This document shows positions 29,460-41,190 of a DNA stretch of 64,000 bases, one piece after another. This DNA is from Diplonema japonicum (lineage: Eukaryota; Protista; Euglenozoa: Diplonemea): the NCBI GenBank assembly GCA_964019335.1, contig OZ025750.1:62001-126000 (forward strand), given 5' to 3'. A program made the translations under genes and the position numbers. Every line of letters begins with the position of its first letter. Position 1 is the first letter of the stretch. The notes under the pieces are model-generated. The model had not been told where the DNA came from. It saw nothing but the letters and a program-made list of their open reading frames with translations, and did no database searches.

Positions 29460-30188
29460 AATGTTTCCAACCTCCCTGTGGTGGTTCCTGGTAATTGTGG
29501 TTTGGAGAAACACAAGCGAAAGGGAAACTCTCGTTCTAAAGCCGTACACGTGGGGAAACCTGGACGGGGGTGGAGAGCCCACCCTACGCGTGGCGCCAGT
29601 TAGCATCGCCCTCAACGGAGAGTCCCTTATCCCATTACATCGAACAAGGAGGTGGCTTCACCAGGTCAGGCAAGTAGCCTCCCCGCGGCATCGTGCCAGT
29701 GAAGCAAGCCTCCCACAACTCTCTAGTTGGTGTTTAATTGCTTCTGTGGCCCCTCTCCCTATTTCAATTTCCAAGCTTTCTTTACCTCTCCACTTTTACT
29801 TTCTACGGGACCACAGGGGACTTGGGAGGCTTCGGGGCGAAGTTTCACAAGGGTGGCCGCTGTGTCACATACTGCATGGCACACTAAAATCGAGACAACT
29901 TTTTTTTTTGGTTGGGGTGCTGTCACCCCTTTTTGTTTTTTTGCAAAACGCTTTTTCTCTCTTTTTTTTTTTTTTTAACTGTTTCTCCTCCACGTTGAGG
30001 CAGCTTGTTTCACTGGCACAAGGCCGCGGTGAGGCTTACTTGCCAGTCCTCCTTGTTCGAGACTCTCCGTTGAGGGCGATGCTAACTCGCCACGCGTAGG
30101 GTGGGCTCTCTACCCCCATTCCCTTTCGCTAGTGTCTCCCCTCAAAACAACAATTACCAGAAACCACCACTGGGAGGTCGGAAACACC
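29460..30188. repeat. Foldback structure: imperfect inverted repeat arms (~29460-29712 and ~29997-30188) around a ~280 bp spacer
   Basis: For example GAGAGCCCACCCTACGCGTGGCG...TTAGCATCGCCCTCAACGGAGAGTC pairs with GACTCTCCGTTGAGGGCGATGCTAA...CGCCACGCGTAGGGTGGGCTCTC. The spacer resembles a dispersed repeat at ~54008-54091. Confidence 0.85.
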
Positions 30189-31235
30189 CCCCCAAAAAAG
30201 AAAACCGCCCTTTTGAAAAAAGGAATGTGTTTGCTGCCAAAAAAAAAAAAAAAAAAGAAAAAAGATTGGGGCAGCGTCTGTTTTTTTGCGCCCCCACTTG
30301 TCAGGCAATAATTTAAAACAATTTTTTTTTCTTTTTCGCAAAAACTTGTTTCCATCCGTTAGCAATTCCATCCGTTGGCAATTTTTTTTTTCTTTTCATC
30401 AATGACCTTTTTTCGGTGGGTAGCAGGGAACGACCCCAAAAGGGGAGCATCATAAGGTAGGCACGCCACCGCGGCGGGCCGTTGCTAACCACTTCGTTCC
30501 TATCATAGTGAATTTTTTTTCCCCACCTCTTTTCTCTCTCCTCTTGTTTTCAATCTTGATGCGCTGAGATTCTTGTAAACAGTATTTAAAAAAAAAAAAG
30601 AAAAAAAAAAAAAAAAAAACGTTCTTTCTAAATACCCTGAGGCGGTTTTTAGAAAAAACTCGGCCTGACGGGGGACGCGGTTTACGGGTTCTCCAGATTT
30701 CTACCCTTCTGACTCCAGAACAAACAAAAGTAAAACGAAGACCAGCTTTACCCTCTCTAATAAATCTGGCTATATGAACCACAAACCCACTTAGAAAAAG
30801 AAAAGAAGAAGAAGAAGATGCTTTCACTTTCGCCAATCTCATGCAACAAAAAACAAAAAAGAGCAGGAGGAGAAAGCAGTACGAAGAAGAACAAGGAGAA
30901 AGAAAAACAAAACAAAACAAAAAAAAAAAAAGAAAAAAAAAAGAGGAAAGAACCGAAAACAAAGAATCTATGTCCTGAGCTGCGGTTGCTTTGCAACCAG
31001 TTTTACAATTAGACGAAGACGGGTGTATTCTGATCAGAAGGGTGGTAGCTTCCTATACATAGCAGGCCTTTAAGATTCTTTCCCCCCCCCCCCATATTAT
31101 TTCCTTCTTTATACTTGGCTCTCTATTTTTTTTCTTCTTTTTTTAAAAAGATTTAAAAAAGACCCTGTTTACTTTTCGAAAACTCATAAAAAAAAAAGGT
31201 GGGCGCCACGGGGCAGAGAGGGTGGGGTAAAGAAA

Positions 31236-34200
31236 ATGTCCCCACTACCCTTGCTATCAAAGACCGTTGCCATCGCAATAATGCTGCAAGGAAGCATGGC
31301 GCAGACTGTTGTAGGGAGGTATGCCTCCTCCGACGCCACTCAGTACGCCCTCCACCCCGATGGCGACATCGTGTACATAGCAGACGGCCCCAACGGAGTA
31401 GCAGTGGTGGATGTAACCAATGTCCCGTACGCAGCCAACCCAACCGCAGCAACAAACCTACTCACTACCTTAACAGGGATCAATGCTAAGGCCATGACGA
31501 TGGATAATAACTGGCTCTACATCATCGGAAGTGCTGGAATTCTGTACAAGTATGACACTAGCACGAAAAGGTCACCAGTCAGAGTTGGAGAGTCGGCTGC
31601 AAGCTCCAAGGGAGCGGCTACTGCAGTAGCCATGCTCCCAGGCGGGAAGCGAGCGTATACTTGCCACGCTGATGGTGTTGCCGAATTTAGCATCAGCGGT
31701 GCAAACCCAACACTACAGAACTCTCAAGCCAGTCTCACGAAATGCCAGGACATTGCGGTCGACGCGCCGCGCAGGCATATCTTCGTCCTCGGGGTCCTTT
31801 CTGGTTACGAGTTCATCGATATGTACACCCTCACCCCTACTACAGATGCTATCACCACGACCAACTCAGTGTTCAACTCCCTCCCTTCGTCGGGGCACTC
31901 CATCGATGTTTCAAGGGACGGGCAGTATTGCTACCTCACGTCCTCTGCACGGTCCTTCTTCATGGTGGCCTGCCGAAACAGCAGGGGAAGCAAGCCCGAG
32001 GAGACCACCACCTACCCCGGCCTTGCCGGGATCTTGCGGTATGGCCCCGGCGATCGCGTCTTCGCCTCGACCACAGACGGGGAGCTGATCTGGTACAAGA
32101 TGGAGCCGCCCAATGTGTTTGCCTCTGAAGGGAACCTTGCCATAGGCGGGGTCGGGCAAAGAGGTCTTGGTCTTGAATCCATGTACCTTTACATGTGCAT
32201 GGGGAGCTATGGGCTTGTCATCGTTGATGTGAGCTTGCTCACGAGGGAGACGTGGGCCCCTGATACGCCAGTTCCTGACACATCAGCGCCTGACACCCTT
32301 TCTCCGGACACACCTGTTCCAGCCACACGAGCCCCTGACACATCTGCACCTGATACATCACCTCCTGACACACCTTCCCCTGACACATCTGCCCCTGATA
32401 CGGCAGCCCCAATGACACCTGCCCCTGACACAGCTGCACCGGCGACACCTGCTCCCGATACACCTTCTCCCGATACACCTTCTCCCGATACACCTTCTCC
32501 CGATACACCTTCTCCCGATACACCTGCTCCCGATACACCTTCTCCCGATACACCTGCTCCCGATACACCTTCTCCCGATACACCTTCTCCCGATACACCT
32601 GCTCCCGATACCGAGGCACCTCCTACCCGGCCACCTATGACACTGGCACCTCCGAGTCCAGCACCGCCAACACTACCTCCCGAAACCCCTGCTCCCAATA
32701 CCCAGCCTCCTGATACACAACCGCCCCAGACACCTTTTCCTAGTACTTCAGCCCCTGACACTATGCCACCTGATACATCAGCCCCGCCGACACAGCCTCC
32801 TGCGACTTCTGTACCCCCTACACCGGCTCCTGACACGCAGCCGCCTTCAACAGCTGCTCCGAAAACAAATGCCCCTGCAACGACTTCGCCAGATACGCCA
32901 GCACCCTCGACACCTTTCCCTGACACCTCCCCTCCAGATACTGCAGCGCCTGTCACCCCTGCACCAGAAACAAACGCCCCAGCGACCGACACACCCAGCA
33001 CATCGGCCCCTCAAACTTCGGCACCAGCAACCCATGCCCCTGCTACGTTGCCTCCAAATACGGTAGCACCATACACAATAGCACCTTCCACAGCTGTGCC
33101 TGCGACACAAGCACCGGCCACACAGAGCCCTCGCACTTCTGCACCCGACACCCTTTCTCTACAAACAGCAGCACCCTCACTTGCACCACGGACGACGGCC
33201 CCCCACACTGCTTCCCCCACACAGCTACTTTCCACGCCTCCGCCTGACACGCCTGCACCGCGTACTTCCTCTCCGGACACATTCGCACCGAAGACAGCAA
33301 CACCGACAGCAGCTCCTGGGACAGAAGCCCCAGCAGTGGTGAAGGAGGAGCAGATCAACACAGCAGGGTCGGTGGCAGCAGTCACATCTGTTGCAGCGGC
33401 CGGTGCAGCGGCAGGGGCAGCAACAAGACTCGTCATCGTGAGCCAAGGGTGTCTCTTGAACGGGAAGCAGAAGCTCCCTCGTGCACTGCACCCGACACAG
33501 ATGGAGATCGCAGGGTCTGAGGCAGTGGGGCTGGTGATCGGGAACTTTTTAATAACCTTCGGGTTCACTGCTCTGTGCTTTGTGGTGCTGCAGGCGGTCT
33601 CCCGATGGGGCCCTGCGGTGATGCCGAGGTTATTAGAGGGCCTCGACACCCAAGGCTTGCTGCGGTTCCCTTCTGTTCCTCTGTTCGTGTTCCAGCTTCT
33701 GTATCAAGGGACCACACTCGGGTCACTGAACCTTGTCGTGCACCCACCTCATGCAGGGGGCTTCCTTGTGGGAGTGCTGTCGATGTGTGTGTGTGTCATT
33801 GTCCCGCTGCTTGTGTTCCGTGTGATGGCACGCGACGTCCCTTGGGCAGGGGTGTACATGCCGGAGACAGACTGTGGGCAGGTTCGGGCCCTGTTCCTTG
33901 GCCCCGGTGAGTGGGTCTCCACATCCTCCATGAACCACTGGATAAACAGGTACGGGTCGGTGGTGCGGACCTACAGGCAGGAGGTGGTATGGTTCTCGTT
34001 CATCGAGTTCTCGGCGAGTCTTGCGATATCGGGGATACAGGCGGCGGAGACAGACACGTACACAGGGTGCGGGCACAAGAAGGTCTTCACGGCTATCATC
34101 TTCTTCATAATGTTGGCTGTGGAGGCGGTGGTGTGGCCTCATGCAAGGCCAAGGGATAATGTGCTGGACTTTGTAGTTTTGGGCGTGCAAGGGGCAGCGA

Positions 34201-34598
34201 TGCTCCTGATGTCAGTGGGGTACTATGAGGGGACGACTGTTCATTGGACTTTCGATGTGGCTTCGGACCTTCTGATGGCGTCTGTGGTGGTGCTTCTTGT
34301 GAAGGTTGCGATGGATCTGTGCAGCGAAGGGTACATCTTCTTCTCGGGGAGGCGGCGGTTCTTGCAGGATGCGATGTTCACTGACCTTGTTCTGCCTGAA
34401 GAAGAGGTTGTGCCTGAGCCGGTGCCTTTCATGCTCCCTCCTACACAGGGGAAATATCAACCAGGAGAGCACAGGCGTGCGAGTCTGCCTATACGGCTCT
34501 CTGGTGTGGATTTTATTTCTGATTTGTCTTACTCACTGGCAGGTTCCGAGATGACCCTCAAGCGCAACAGTGCGCGCATTGAGGCAACAACGATTTGA
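31236..34598 (+). CDS. Surface receptor family copy 2 (1120 aa)
   Basis: Same architecture as copy 1. TPSPD-rich stalk; tail contains RRASLP. Confidence 0.9.
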   Translation: MSPLPLLSKTVAIAIMLQGSMAQTVVGRYASSDATQYALHPDGDIVYIADGPNGVAVVDVTNVPYAANPTAATNLLTTLTGINAKAMTMDNNWLYIIGSAGILYKYDTSTKRSPVRVGESAASSKGAATAVAMLPGGKRAYTCHADGVAEFSISGANPTLQNSQASLTKCQDIAVDAPRRHIFVLGVLSGYEFIDMYTLTPTTDAITTTNSVFNSLPSSGHSIDVSRDGQYCYLTSSARSFFMVACRNSRGSKPEETTTYPGLAGILRYGPGDRVFASTTDGELIWYKMEPPNVFASEGNLAIGGVGQRGLGLESMYLYMCMGSYGLVIVDVSLLTRETWAPDTPVPDTSAPDTLSPDTPVPATRAPDTSAPDTSPPDTPSPDTSAPDTAAPMTPAPDTAAPATPAPDTPSPDTPSPDTPSPDTPSPDTPAPDTPSPDTPAPDTPSPDTPSPDTPAPDTEAPPTRPPMTLAPPSPAPPTLPPETPAPNTQPPDTQPPQTPFPSTSAPDTMPPDTSAPPTQPPATSVPPTPAPDTQPPSTAAPKTNAPATTSPDTPAPSTPFPDTSPPDTAAPVTPAPETNAPATDTPSTSAPQTSAPATHAPATLPPNTVAPYTIAPSTAVPATQAPATQSPRTSAPDTLSLQTAAPSLAPRTTAPHTASPTQLLSTPPPDTPAPRTSSPDTFAPKTATPTAAPGTEAPAVVKEEQINTAGSVAAVTSVAAAGAAAGAATRLVIVSQGCLLNGKQKLPRALHPTQMEIAGSEAVGLVIGNFLITFGFTALCFVVLQAVSRWGPAVMPRLLEGLDTQGLLRFPSVPLFVFQLLYQGTTLGSLNLVVHPPHAGGFLVGVLSMCVCVIVPLLVFRVMARDVPWAGVYMPETDCGQVRALFLGPGEWVSTSSMNHWINRYGSVVRTYRQEVVWFSFIEFSASLAISGIQAAETDTYTGCGHKKVFTAIIFFIMLAVEAVVWPHARPRDNVLDFVVLGVQGAAMLLMSVGYYEGTTVHWTFDVASDLLMASVVVLLVKVAMDLCSEGYIFFSGRRRFLQDAMFTDLVLPEEEVVPEPVPFMLPPTQGKYQPGEHRRASLPIRLSGVDFISDLSYSLAGSEMTLKRNSARIEATTI

Positions 34599-34756
34599 CT
34601 TTCCCCTCTATTTTCTTTCTTCTTTCAACTTATCAACTTGTAGAACCAGAACACGTGAGTTTAGTTCTCTGATTGAACGGGAAATTAGCTTTATTTAAAT
34701 GCCAACAAAAGTAATGACTTTAACTCCAAAGCTTTACTTGGAGGCATGTAAAGTTA

Positions 34757-34795
<39 letters not shown>

Positions 34796-34849
34796 TTTTT
34801 ATTGTGTTGATGTTAGTCAGTGTGTTTTTTTTTTTTTTTTTTTTTTTTA

Positions 34850-35115
34850 ATTGAGAGGGACCGACAAGTAGTTACAGTTCGTGACGCCAGAGCAGCGGAA
34901 AAAAAGCAAGAGAGTGCTCACCTCCAGCCCTTGACGACGATGTATTAGCAATGGAGTTACCATTGTTATCCAACTGAGTGCCGAAAGGCGCTTTCCCCGC
35001 GTTGTTGCCGATTTAATGAGCCGTCTGCAGATCCACTGTTAATCCATTTACTCTGAGACTTGCATGGCTTAATCCTTGAAACAAGCATATGACTACTGGC
35101 AGGATCAACCAGGTT
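34850..35115 (-). pseudogene. Orphan 5' fragment of eukaryotic 18S (SSU) rRNA, ~265 nt
   Basis: Reverse complement reads AACCTGGTTGATCCTGCCAGTAGTCATATGCTTGTTTCAAGGATTAAGCCATGCA...GGCTCATTAAATC...TTGGATAAC...GCTAATACAT. No further rDNA follows. The 3' limit beyond ~34940 is approximate. Confidence 0.93.
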
Positions 35116-35465
35116 TGGTAAGAAGAAAACTTCTGTCACAACTCGAATACAGAAATGCTAGCACGACGTGGGAAGGTCAGCCTTCGGAGCCCGCGGTGCA
35201 TGCCTTTCGACATCTTGGGGCCCCGACGGAACCGCAGAACGGTGACCGATTAGTGTGAGTTTCTTCTGATCAGTGAGCACTCCCATGCACACTGAGATTT
35301 TATCGAATTTTTTTTCTTCTTTCTTGTTATCTTTTTTTTTAAATAAAAATTTAAAAAAGAAACTAAAGAAGCTCTCTCCAGAGGAACTTTTGAACAACGA
35401 ATTTCGATATTACGTTGGGAAGGAGAAAAAGGAACAAAAAAAAAAAAAAGAAAATTTGTTCGTGG

Positions 35466-35496
<31 letters not shown>

Positions 35497-36438
35497 TTAC
35501 TTCGATATCTAGAAACTTGGCGGTCTTTCTTTCTGTGCCGGGAAAAGGGGGATTCCTTTTTTTTTTTTTTTTTCCCCCTGCCTCTCTCGAGCAAAAAAAA
35601 CGATAAAGGAAAAAAAGAAAAAGCTATTTTTTTAATTAAAAAGGTCAAGTTTTCGAAAACGATCAAATTATCCCTCCCTATTCCTTGAGATGCACCTCCC
35701 CAAGGGGGCGCCGAAAAGAAAATATACTCGGCGGCGTACCCCCACCTCTTCGTTGTTGAGGTAACTTGAAGGCCTTAACAAGGTTTACTGCTTTATTTCT
35801 TTCTAACAGGGTGCCACTTCCCTCTCGTCCCTTTCTCTTCCCCGCCTTTCTCTTTTGCCCTCAAAGAACCATGAGAAAAGAAGAATAAAGGTTCTGATGT
35901 TCTTTTTTTTTTTTTTTTTTCTTTTAAGGGTTTCCCTAAAAGTGAAATCTTTTTATTCTTTTTTATTTTCTTCCCCCCCGGGGCAGCAGGACTAAGGTCG
36001 TCGAGCCCTAAGTCCCAGGTGTGTGACAGCACCTCCCCCTTAAGCGAGTCAAAAAAGAAAAAGTGAGAATACATATTACAGAGAACCGCAAAAGGTTTTC
36101 TGCCCCCCCGACCCGAGCAAAGTGACGGGTGGGGTGCTAGAAACAACCTTTTTGTTACCTCTCATCTCGCCTTAACATTCGTTAACCTATACTTTTCAAT
36201 TTCCCCCCACCTCATTTTTTTTCTCCCCCATTTCTTTTTTTTGCATGGTTTTTTTTTTTTTCCATCCAAGTCTGTAAGCAGAATTTCCACGTGTTTACGG
36301 TAACCCACAACCTTGTTTTTTTCCACTCTACAACTTTTTTTCGGTAACCCCAAAGATTTGTGTGTGGAAAGAAAAGTTGGAGGTTTGAAAGGCGACGGTG
36401 GAAAAAAAGTTATTTGGTTACCTTGTACGTTGTTTCCC

Positions 36439-36473
<35 letters not shown>

Positions 36474-36548
36474 TGGGTCGCCAAACAATATCTCCCGCAG
36501 GAAACAGGGGAGGGAAAAAGAATATAAAAAAAAAAAAAAAAGAATAAA

Positions 36549-37340
36549 ATGTCGGATTACAACTATGCCCTGCACGTTGCTGCTGAGGACAACAGAACAG
36601 AAGATATAACACACCTTATAGAAAACTGCGGGCTAGACCCGAGCGGGAGCGGGTGGGGCGATGCCCCTCTTCACTGCGCCGCAAGGTTCGGAAGCATCGA
36701 TGCTCTCATGCTACTTATCAACAAATACGGGCAGCCAGCAGCTCTACGCAATGAAGACGGATTATCCCCGCTTCATATCGCCTCTGAAATGGGCCAGACA
36801 AACACAATGCGGGTTCTGATCGATACTTATGGACAGAACGCTGGTGCGACAGATGGAGATGAGTGGGCCCCTCTACACTTCGCTGCTGAATCCGGTCGAG
36901 TGGAGGCCATCGAACTACTTCTCAGTAAATACGACCAGCCGGCAGGGGTTCGCACAACCGATGGTGAGACTGCCTTTCACTTTGCCGCGCTGCGAGGCCA
37001 CGATAAAATATTGCAGGTGTTGCTCGACACCCACAAGCAGGGAGCCGACACAAGGGACAGCGACGGGAACACCCCACTGCACTATGCGGCAATGAACAAT
37101 CACCTGCACGCGATGGCGCTGCTGCTCAAAGCGTCCGGGACCTCCCCTGTTTTGAACAACGCTGGGGAATCGCCTTTTCACACCTCTGCCAGGTACAACA
37201 GCCTCGAGGCTTTGAAGCTGCTGCTCAGCGTTGGGCTGCAAGGAGCACACAACACCGACTTCCAAGGAAACACACCGATCTTCATCGCGACACAGAGGAA
37301 ACACGCCCGCGCAGTCAGGCTGCTGCTTGACTCTTTTTAG
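36549..37340 (+). CDS. Ankyrin repeat protein (263 aa, ~8 repeats)
   Basis: Repeated G.[TS]PLH.AA..G motifs (DAPLHCAARFG, LSPLHIASEMG, WAPLHFAAESG, NTPLHYAAMNN). Confidence 0.93.
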   Translation: MSDYNYALHVAAEDNRTEDITHLIENCGLDPSGSGWGDAPLHCAARFGSIDALMLLINKYGQPAALRNEDGLSPLHIASEMGQTNTMRVLIDTYGQNAGATDGDEWAPLHFAAESGRVEAIELLLSKYDQPAGVRTTDGETAFHFAALRGHDKILQVLLDTHKQGADTRDSDGNTPLHYAAMNNHLHAMALLLKASGTSPVLNNAGESPFHTSARYNSLEALKLLLSVGLQGAHNTDFQGNTPIFIATQRKHARAVRLLLDSF

Positions 37341-37437
37341 AATATTTTCTGTAGTATATAATATAAAAAAGAAAAAAAATCGAAATATTATAAGAAAAAC
37401 CACCAAGGAGGGAGAGGGTGGCTGGGGGAAGATAAAC

Positions 37438-40260
37438 ATGCCCCGACTGCTAACCCTCCTTGCCATGACAGCAGCACTGCAAGGCAGCATGGCGCAGACT
37501 GTTGTAGGGAGGTATGCCTCCTCCGATGCCATTCAGTACGTCCTCCACCCCGATGGCGACATCGTGTACATAGCAGACGGCGCCAACGGTGTGAAAGTGG
37601 TGGAAATCAGCAACGTACCTAACTTTGTAGACCCTCCGGCAGCCACGGTGCTGCTCAAAACGCTTGTGGAAGTCAACGATGCACGTGCCCTTGCTATCGA
37701 GCCAAACGATGAATGGCTGTACGTGATAGGCAACGAAGGTATATTGTATGAATACGATCTGCGGCCCAAAACAGATCCCAAATACAAGACCCAGTCACTA
37801 CCCGATTCCTTTGGGGGAGCCACTGCTGTAACTATCCTGCCAGGTGGAAAAAAGGCATACACCTGCCATACAGGGGGCATAAGGGAATTCGACATCAGCA
37901 CCGCGAACGCACCTAGCACAACAACCTCGCAGGTCGCAGTAACCGCGTGTCACGACATGTATTTGGACACAGTGAAGGGTCGGCTGTATGCATTGGTCGA
38001 GACGGGAGCAACCCCATTGGAGTACATTGACATGTATGATATATTAGTCACGAGCTCTTCCCTTACGGCAACGGCATTCAGCCTACTGCCCGTTGCTGGT
38101 GTCTCCATGGCGGTGTCGCCAGATGGAGTGAACTGTTTCATCACTGCGACAGATAACTCGCTCGTTATTGTGGAGTGCCAGACAACTGGATCCCCAGTCT
38201 ACTCTGTGGGAACTATGTACCCCGGCCTCGCTGGCATCGCACGGCACCCTACGACTGACCGGACCTACGCCACCACCACAGATGGGCAGCTCGTCTGGTA
38301 CGATATGACACCTCCGGGTACCTTTGCTTTCGTGGGCTCTTCTATGTTCGGCGGAGTCGGGCAGAGGGGACTCGGCATCCACGGCCATTACCTCTACATG
38401 TGTATGGGGAGCTACGGGCTCGTCATCGTTGATACCGTTATGACACAGGCCCCAGACACTCCTTTCCCCGACACTCCGTTCCCTGACACTTCTGCCCCGT
38501 TAACTCCGTTCCCCGACACCTCTGCCCCATTGACTCCTTTCCCCGACACTCCTTTCCCTGACACTTCTGCCCCGTTGACTCCGTTCCCCGACACCTCGTC
38601 GCCCATGACACCTGCGCCCGACACTCCGTTTCCTGATACCTCCGCGCCAATGACTCCTTTTCCTGATACGCAAGCACCGGACACTCCGTTTCCTGATACT
38701 GATGCGCCGATGACACCGTTTCCTGATACGCAAGCGCCAGCAACACCATTCCCTGACACCCGGGCACCCATGACACCTGCTCCCGATACGCCCTTTCCTG
38801 ATACGCTTCCCCCTGACACACTTGTTCCAGATACGGATCCTCCCCTGACGGCTGCTCCTGACACACCAGCCCCCATTACGGCAGCTCCCGACACTATGGA
38901 ACCAACCCCTGCACCACGTACTTCTGCACCCGATACAACTTCTCCGAGAACAGCACCGCCTTCTACACCTCCGCCTGACACGCTAGCTCCGCAGACGGAA
39001 TCCCCAGCAGTGGTGAAGGAGGAACGGATCAACACAGCAGGGTCGGTGGCAGCAGTCACATCTGTTGCAGCGGCCGGTGCAGCGGCAGGGGCAGCAACAC
39101 GTCTCGTTGTCGTGAGCCAAGGGTGTCTCTTGAATGGGAAGCAGAAGCTTCCTCTCCCACTGCACCCGACACAGATGGAGGTGTGGGGGTCTGAGGCAGT
39201 GGGGCTGGTGATCGGGAACTTTTTAATAACCTTCGGGTTCACTGCCCTGTGCTTTGTGGTGCTGCAGGTGGCCACTCGTTGGGGCCCTGCGGTGATGCCG
39301 AGGTTATTAGAGGGCCTCGACACCCAAGGCTTGCTGCGGTTCCCTTCTGTTCCTCTGTTCGTGTTCCAGTTTCTGTACCAAGGGACCACACTCGGGTCAC
39401 TAAGCCTACTCGTGCAACCACCACACACAGGGGGCTTCCTTGTTGGGGCAGTGTCGATGTGTGTGTGCATCGCTGTTCCACTTTATGTGTTCCGTGTGAT
39501 GACACGCGACGTCCCTTGGGCAGGGGTGTACATGCCGGAGACAGACTGTGGGCAGGTTCGGGCCCTGTTCCTTGGCCCCGGTGAGTGGGTCTCCACATCC
39601 CCCATGAACCACTGGATAAACAGGTACGGGTCGGTGGTGCGGACCTACAGGCAGGAGGTGGTATGGTTCTCCATCATCGAGTTCTCGGCGAGTCTTGCGA
39701 TATCGGGGATACAGGCGGCGGAGACAGACACGTACACAGGGTGCGGGCACAAGAAGGTCTTCACAGCTATCATCTTCTTCATGGTATTTGCTGTGGAGGC
39801 GGTGGTGTGGCCCCATGCAAGGCCGAGAGACAATGTTCTCGACTTCACGATGATTGGCATGCAAGGGACAGCGATGCTCCTGATGTCAGTGGGGTACTAT
39901 GAGGGGACGACTGTTCATTGGACTTTCGATGTGGCTTCGGAGCTGCTCTTCTTGTCTGTGGTGGTGCTTCTTGTGAAGGTTGTGATGGATCTGTGCAGCG
40001 AAGGGTACATCTTCTTCTCGGGGAGGCGGCGGTTCTTGCAGGATGCGATGTTCACCGACCAACCCATCAGGACTACGATAAAACGGGATCCTACTTTTGC
40101 AAAACTACCCCCAACTCATAAGACTGTTGCGAGGGGAAAACGAGCGAGCCTGCCAATGTGGTGTTCTGACACCGAGTTCATGTCTGGTTCCCATATGTAT
40201 TCTAGAGGAGAGACCGAAAGCCCCGAAATGTTCTTGCCTAGTAACATCAGTAAGGTGTAA
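37438..40260 (+). CDS. Surface receptor family copy 3 (true start ATG 37438, MPRLLTLLAM...)
   Basis: The signal peptide starts at 37438 by comparison with paralogs. TPFPD-rich stalk, conserved TM module, tail KRASLP. Confidence 0.88.
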   Translation: MPRLLTLLAMTAALQGSMAQTVVGRYASSDAIQYVLHPDGDIVYIADGANGVKVVEISNVPNFVDPPAATVLLKTLVEVNDARALAIEPNDEWLYVIGNEGILYEYDLRPKTDPKYKTQSLPDSFGGATAVTILPGGKKAYTCHTGGIREFDISTANAPSTTTSQVAVTACHDMYLDTVKGRLYALVETGATPLEYIDMYDILVTSSSLTATAFSLLPVAGVSMAVSPDGVNCFITATDNSLVIVECQTTGSPVYSVGTMYPGLAGIARHPTTDRTYATTTDGQLVWYDMTPPGTFAFVGSSMFGGVGQRGLGIHGHYLYMCMGSYGLVIVDTVMTQAPDTPFPDTPFPDTSAPLTPFPDTSAPLTPFPDTPFPDTSAPLTPFPDTSSPMTPAPDTPFPDTSAPMTPFPDTQAPDTPFPDTDAPMTPFPDTQAPATPFPDTRAPMTPAPDTPFPDTLPPDTLVPDTDPPLTAAPDTPAPITAAPDTMEPTPAPRTSAPDTTSPRTAPPSTPPPDTLAPQTESPAVVKEERINTAGSVAAVTSVAAAGAAAGAATRLVVVSQGCLLNGKQKLPLPLHPTQMEVWGSEAVGLVIGNFLITFGFTALCFVVLQVATRWGPAVMPRLLEGLDTQGLLRFPSVPLFVFQFLYQGTTLGSLSLLVQPPHTGGFLVGAVSMCVCIAVPLYVFRVMTRDVPWAGVYMPETDCGQVRALFLGPGEWVSTSPMNHWINRYGSVVRTYRQEVVWFSIIEFSASLAISGIQAAETDTYTGCGHKKVFTAIIFFMVFAVEAVVWPHARPRDNVLDFTMIGMQGTAMLLMSVGYYEGTTVHWTFDVASELLFLSVVVLLVKVVMDLCSEGYIFFSGRRRFLQDAMFTDQPIRTTIKRDPTFAKLPPTHKTVARGKRASLPMWCSDTEFMSGSHMYSRGETESPEMFLPSNISKV

Positions 40261-40638
40261 AAGTTCTTCTTCAGCTACAGATTTCTGGACCGCACCGCCG
40301 AGAAGGCGCACGGCTGCGGCAGGACACACCGTTCCCTTTCAACGATTCAGTGTAATGCATCCTCGCTCAGATGCCGTTCATGTAGCTCGCGGCAGATAGC
40401 CCCCCCGCAGAGTGTGAGTTTTCTTTATGAACTTCGAGCTCCCTCCCTCTCCCCACTGGGAAATTTTTATCAGGTTGTTTTTTTTTTTTTTTTTTTTTAA
40501 AGGTGTAACGAGTAATTTTACTAGGTAAAATACCGCTCGTGCGTATAAAAAAAAAAAAAAAAAAGAGTAGTGGTAGCATGTAGTACCTATCTAAGGATTC
40601 GATACCGTGTTCGCAAAACAAATGCTAAGCACCTCTCT

Positions 40639-40676
<38 letters not shown>

Positions 40677-41190
40677 TTTGTGCAATGAAGCGGGGAAAGA
40701 AGAAAAAAAAAAGATCTTTTTTTTTTTTTTTAACCCTGCTTTCTTTTTTTTTTATTATTCTTCATTTGCGACGCTACGCTATTTTCCCTTTTCTTTTTTT
40801 TAGACGCGGGAGACCGTTTCAAAAAAACAGGAACCTCCTTTATCTCTTTTTTGTGACACACCAAAATGTGAATGTCTGTATTTTTGTTCATTCTCTCTCC
40901 TTGTTTTCTTTTTTTTTTCTTTAGGAAGAAGAAGAGTTGGTTTTTCTCCCCTCCCCCCCACCCTCCCTCTTCTTTCCATACCTTCATTCTTACATAACAA
41001 ATACACCTATTAACTGCTTCTGCAGAAGCAGTTGGGTGTATAAGGGTTAAAAGAAGGGGGAAAAAAGTTTCCTTTCAGTTGTTTTTCTTTCTTTTTTCTT
41101 TTTTTTTTTTTTTTTTTTAATTTACCCTTCTCATTTTCTTTCCTTTCTCTCTCCAGTGATTTCATATTTTAAAAAAGAAGAAGAAAAAAA

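Noticed and set aside
30440-30512. Possible HDV-like ribozyme or ingi-type signature near GCTAA
   Set aside because: Could not build the nested double pseudoknot by eye; needs a covariance-model search.
37231-37437. ORF-track N-terminal extension of copy 3 overlapping the ankyrin gene (likewise 43901 and 57239 starts)
   Set aside because: Non-ATG starts running through A-rich UTR; paralog comparison places the starts at 37438, 43928 and 57299.
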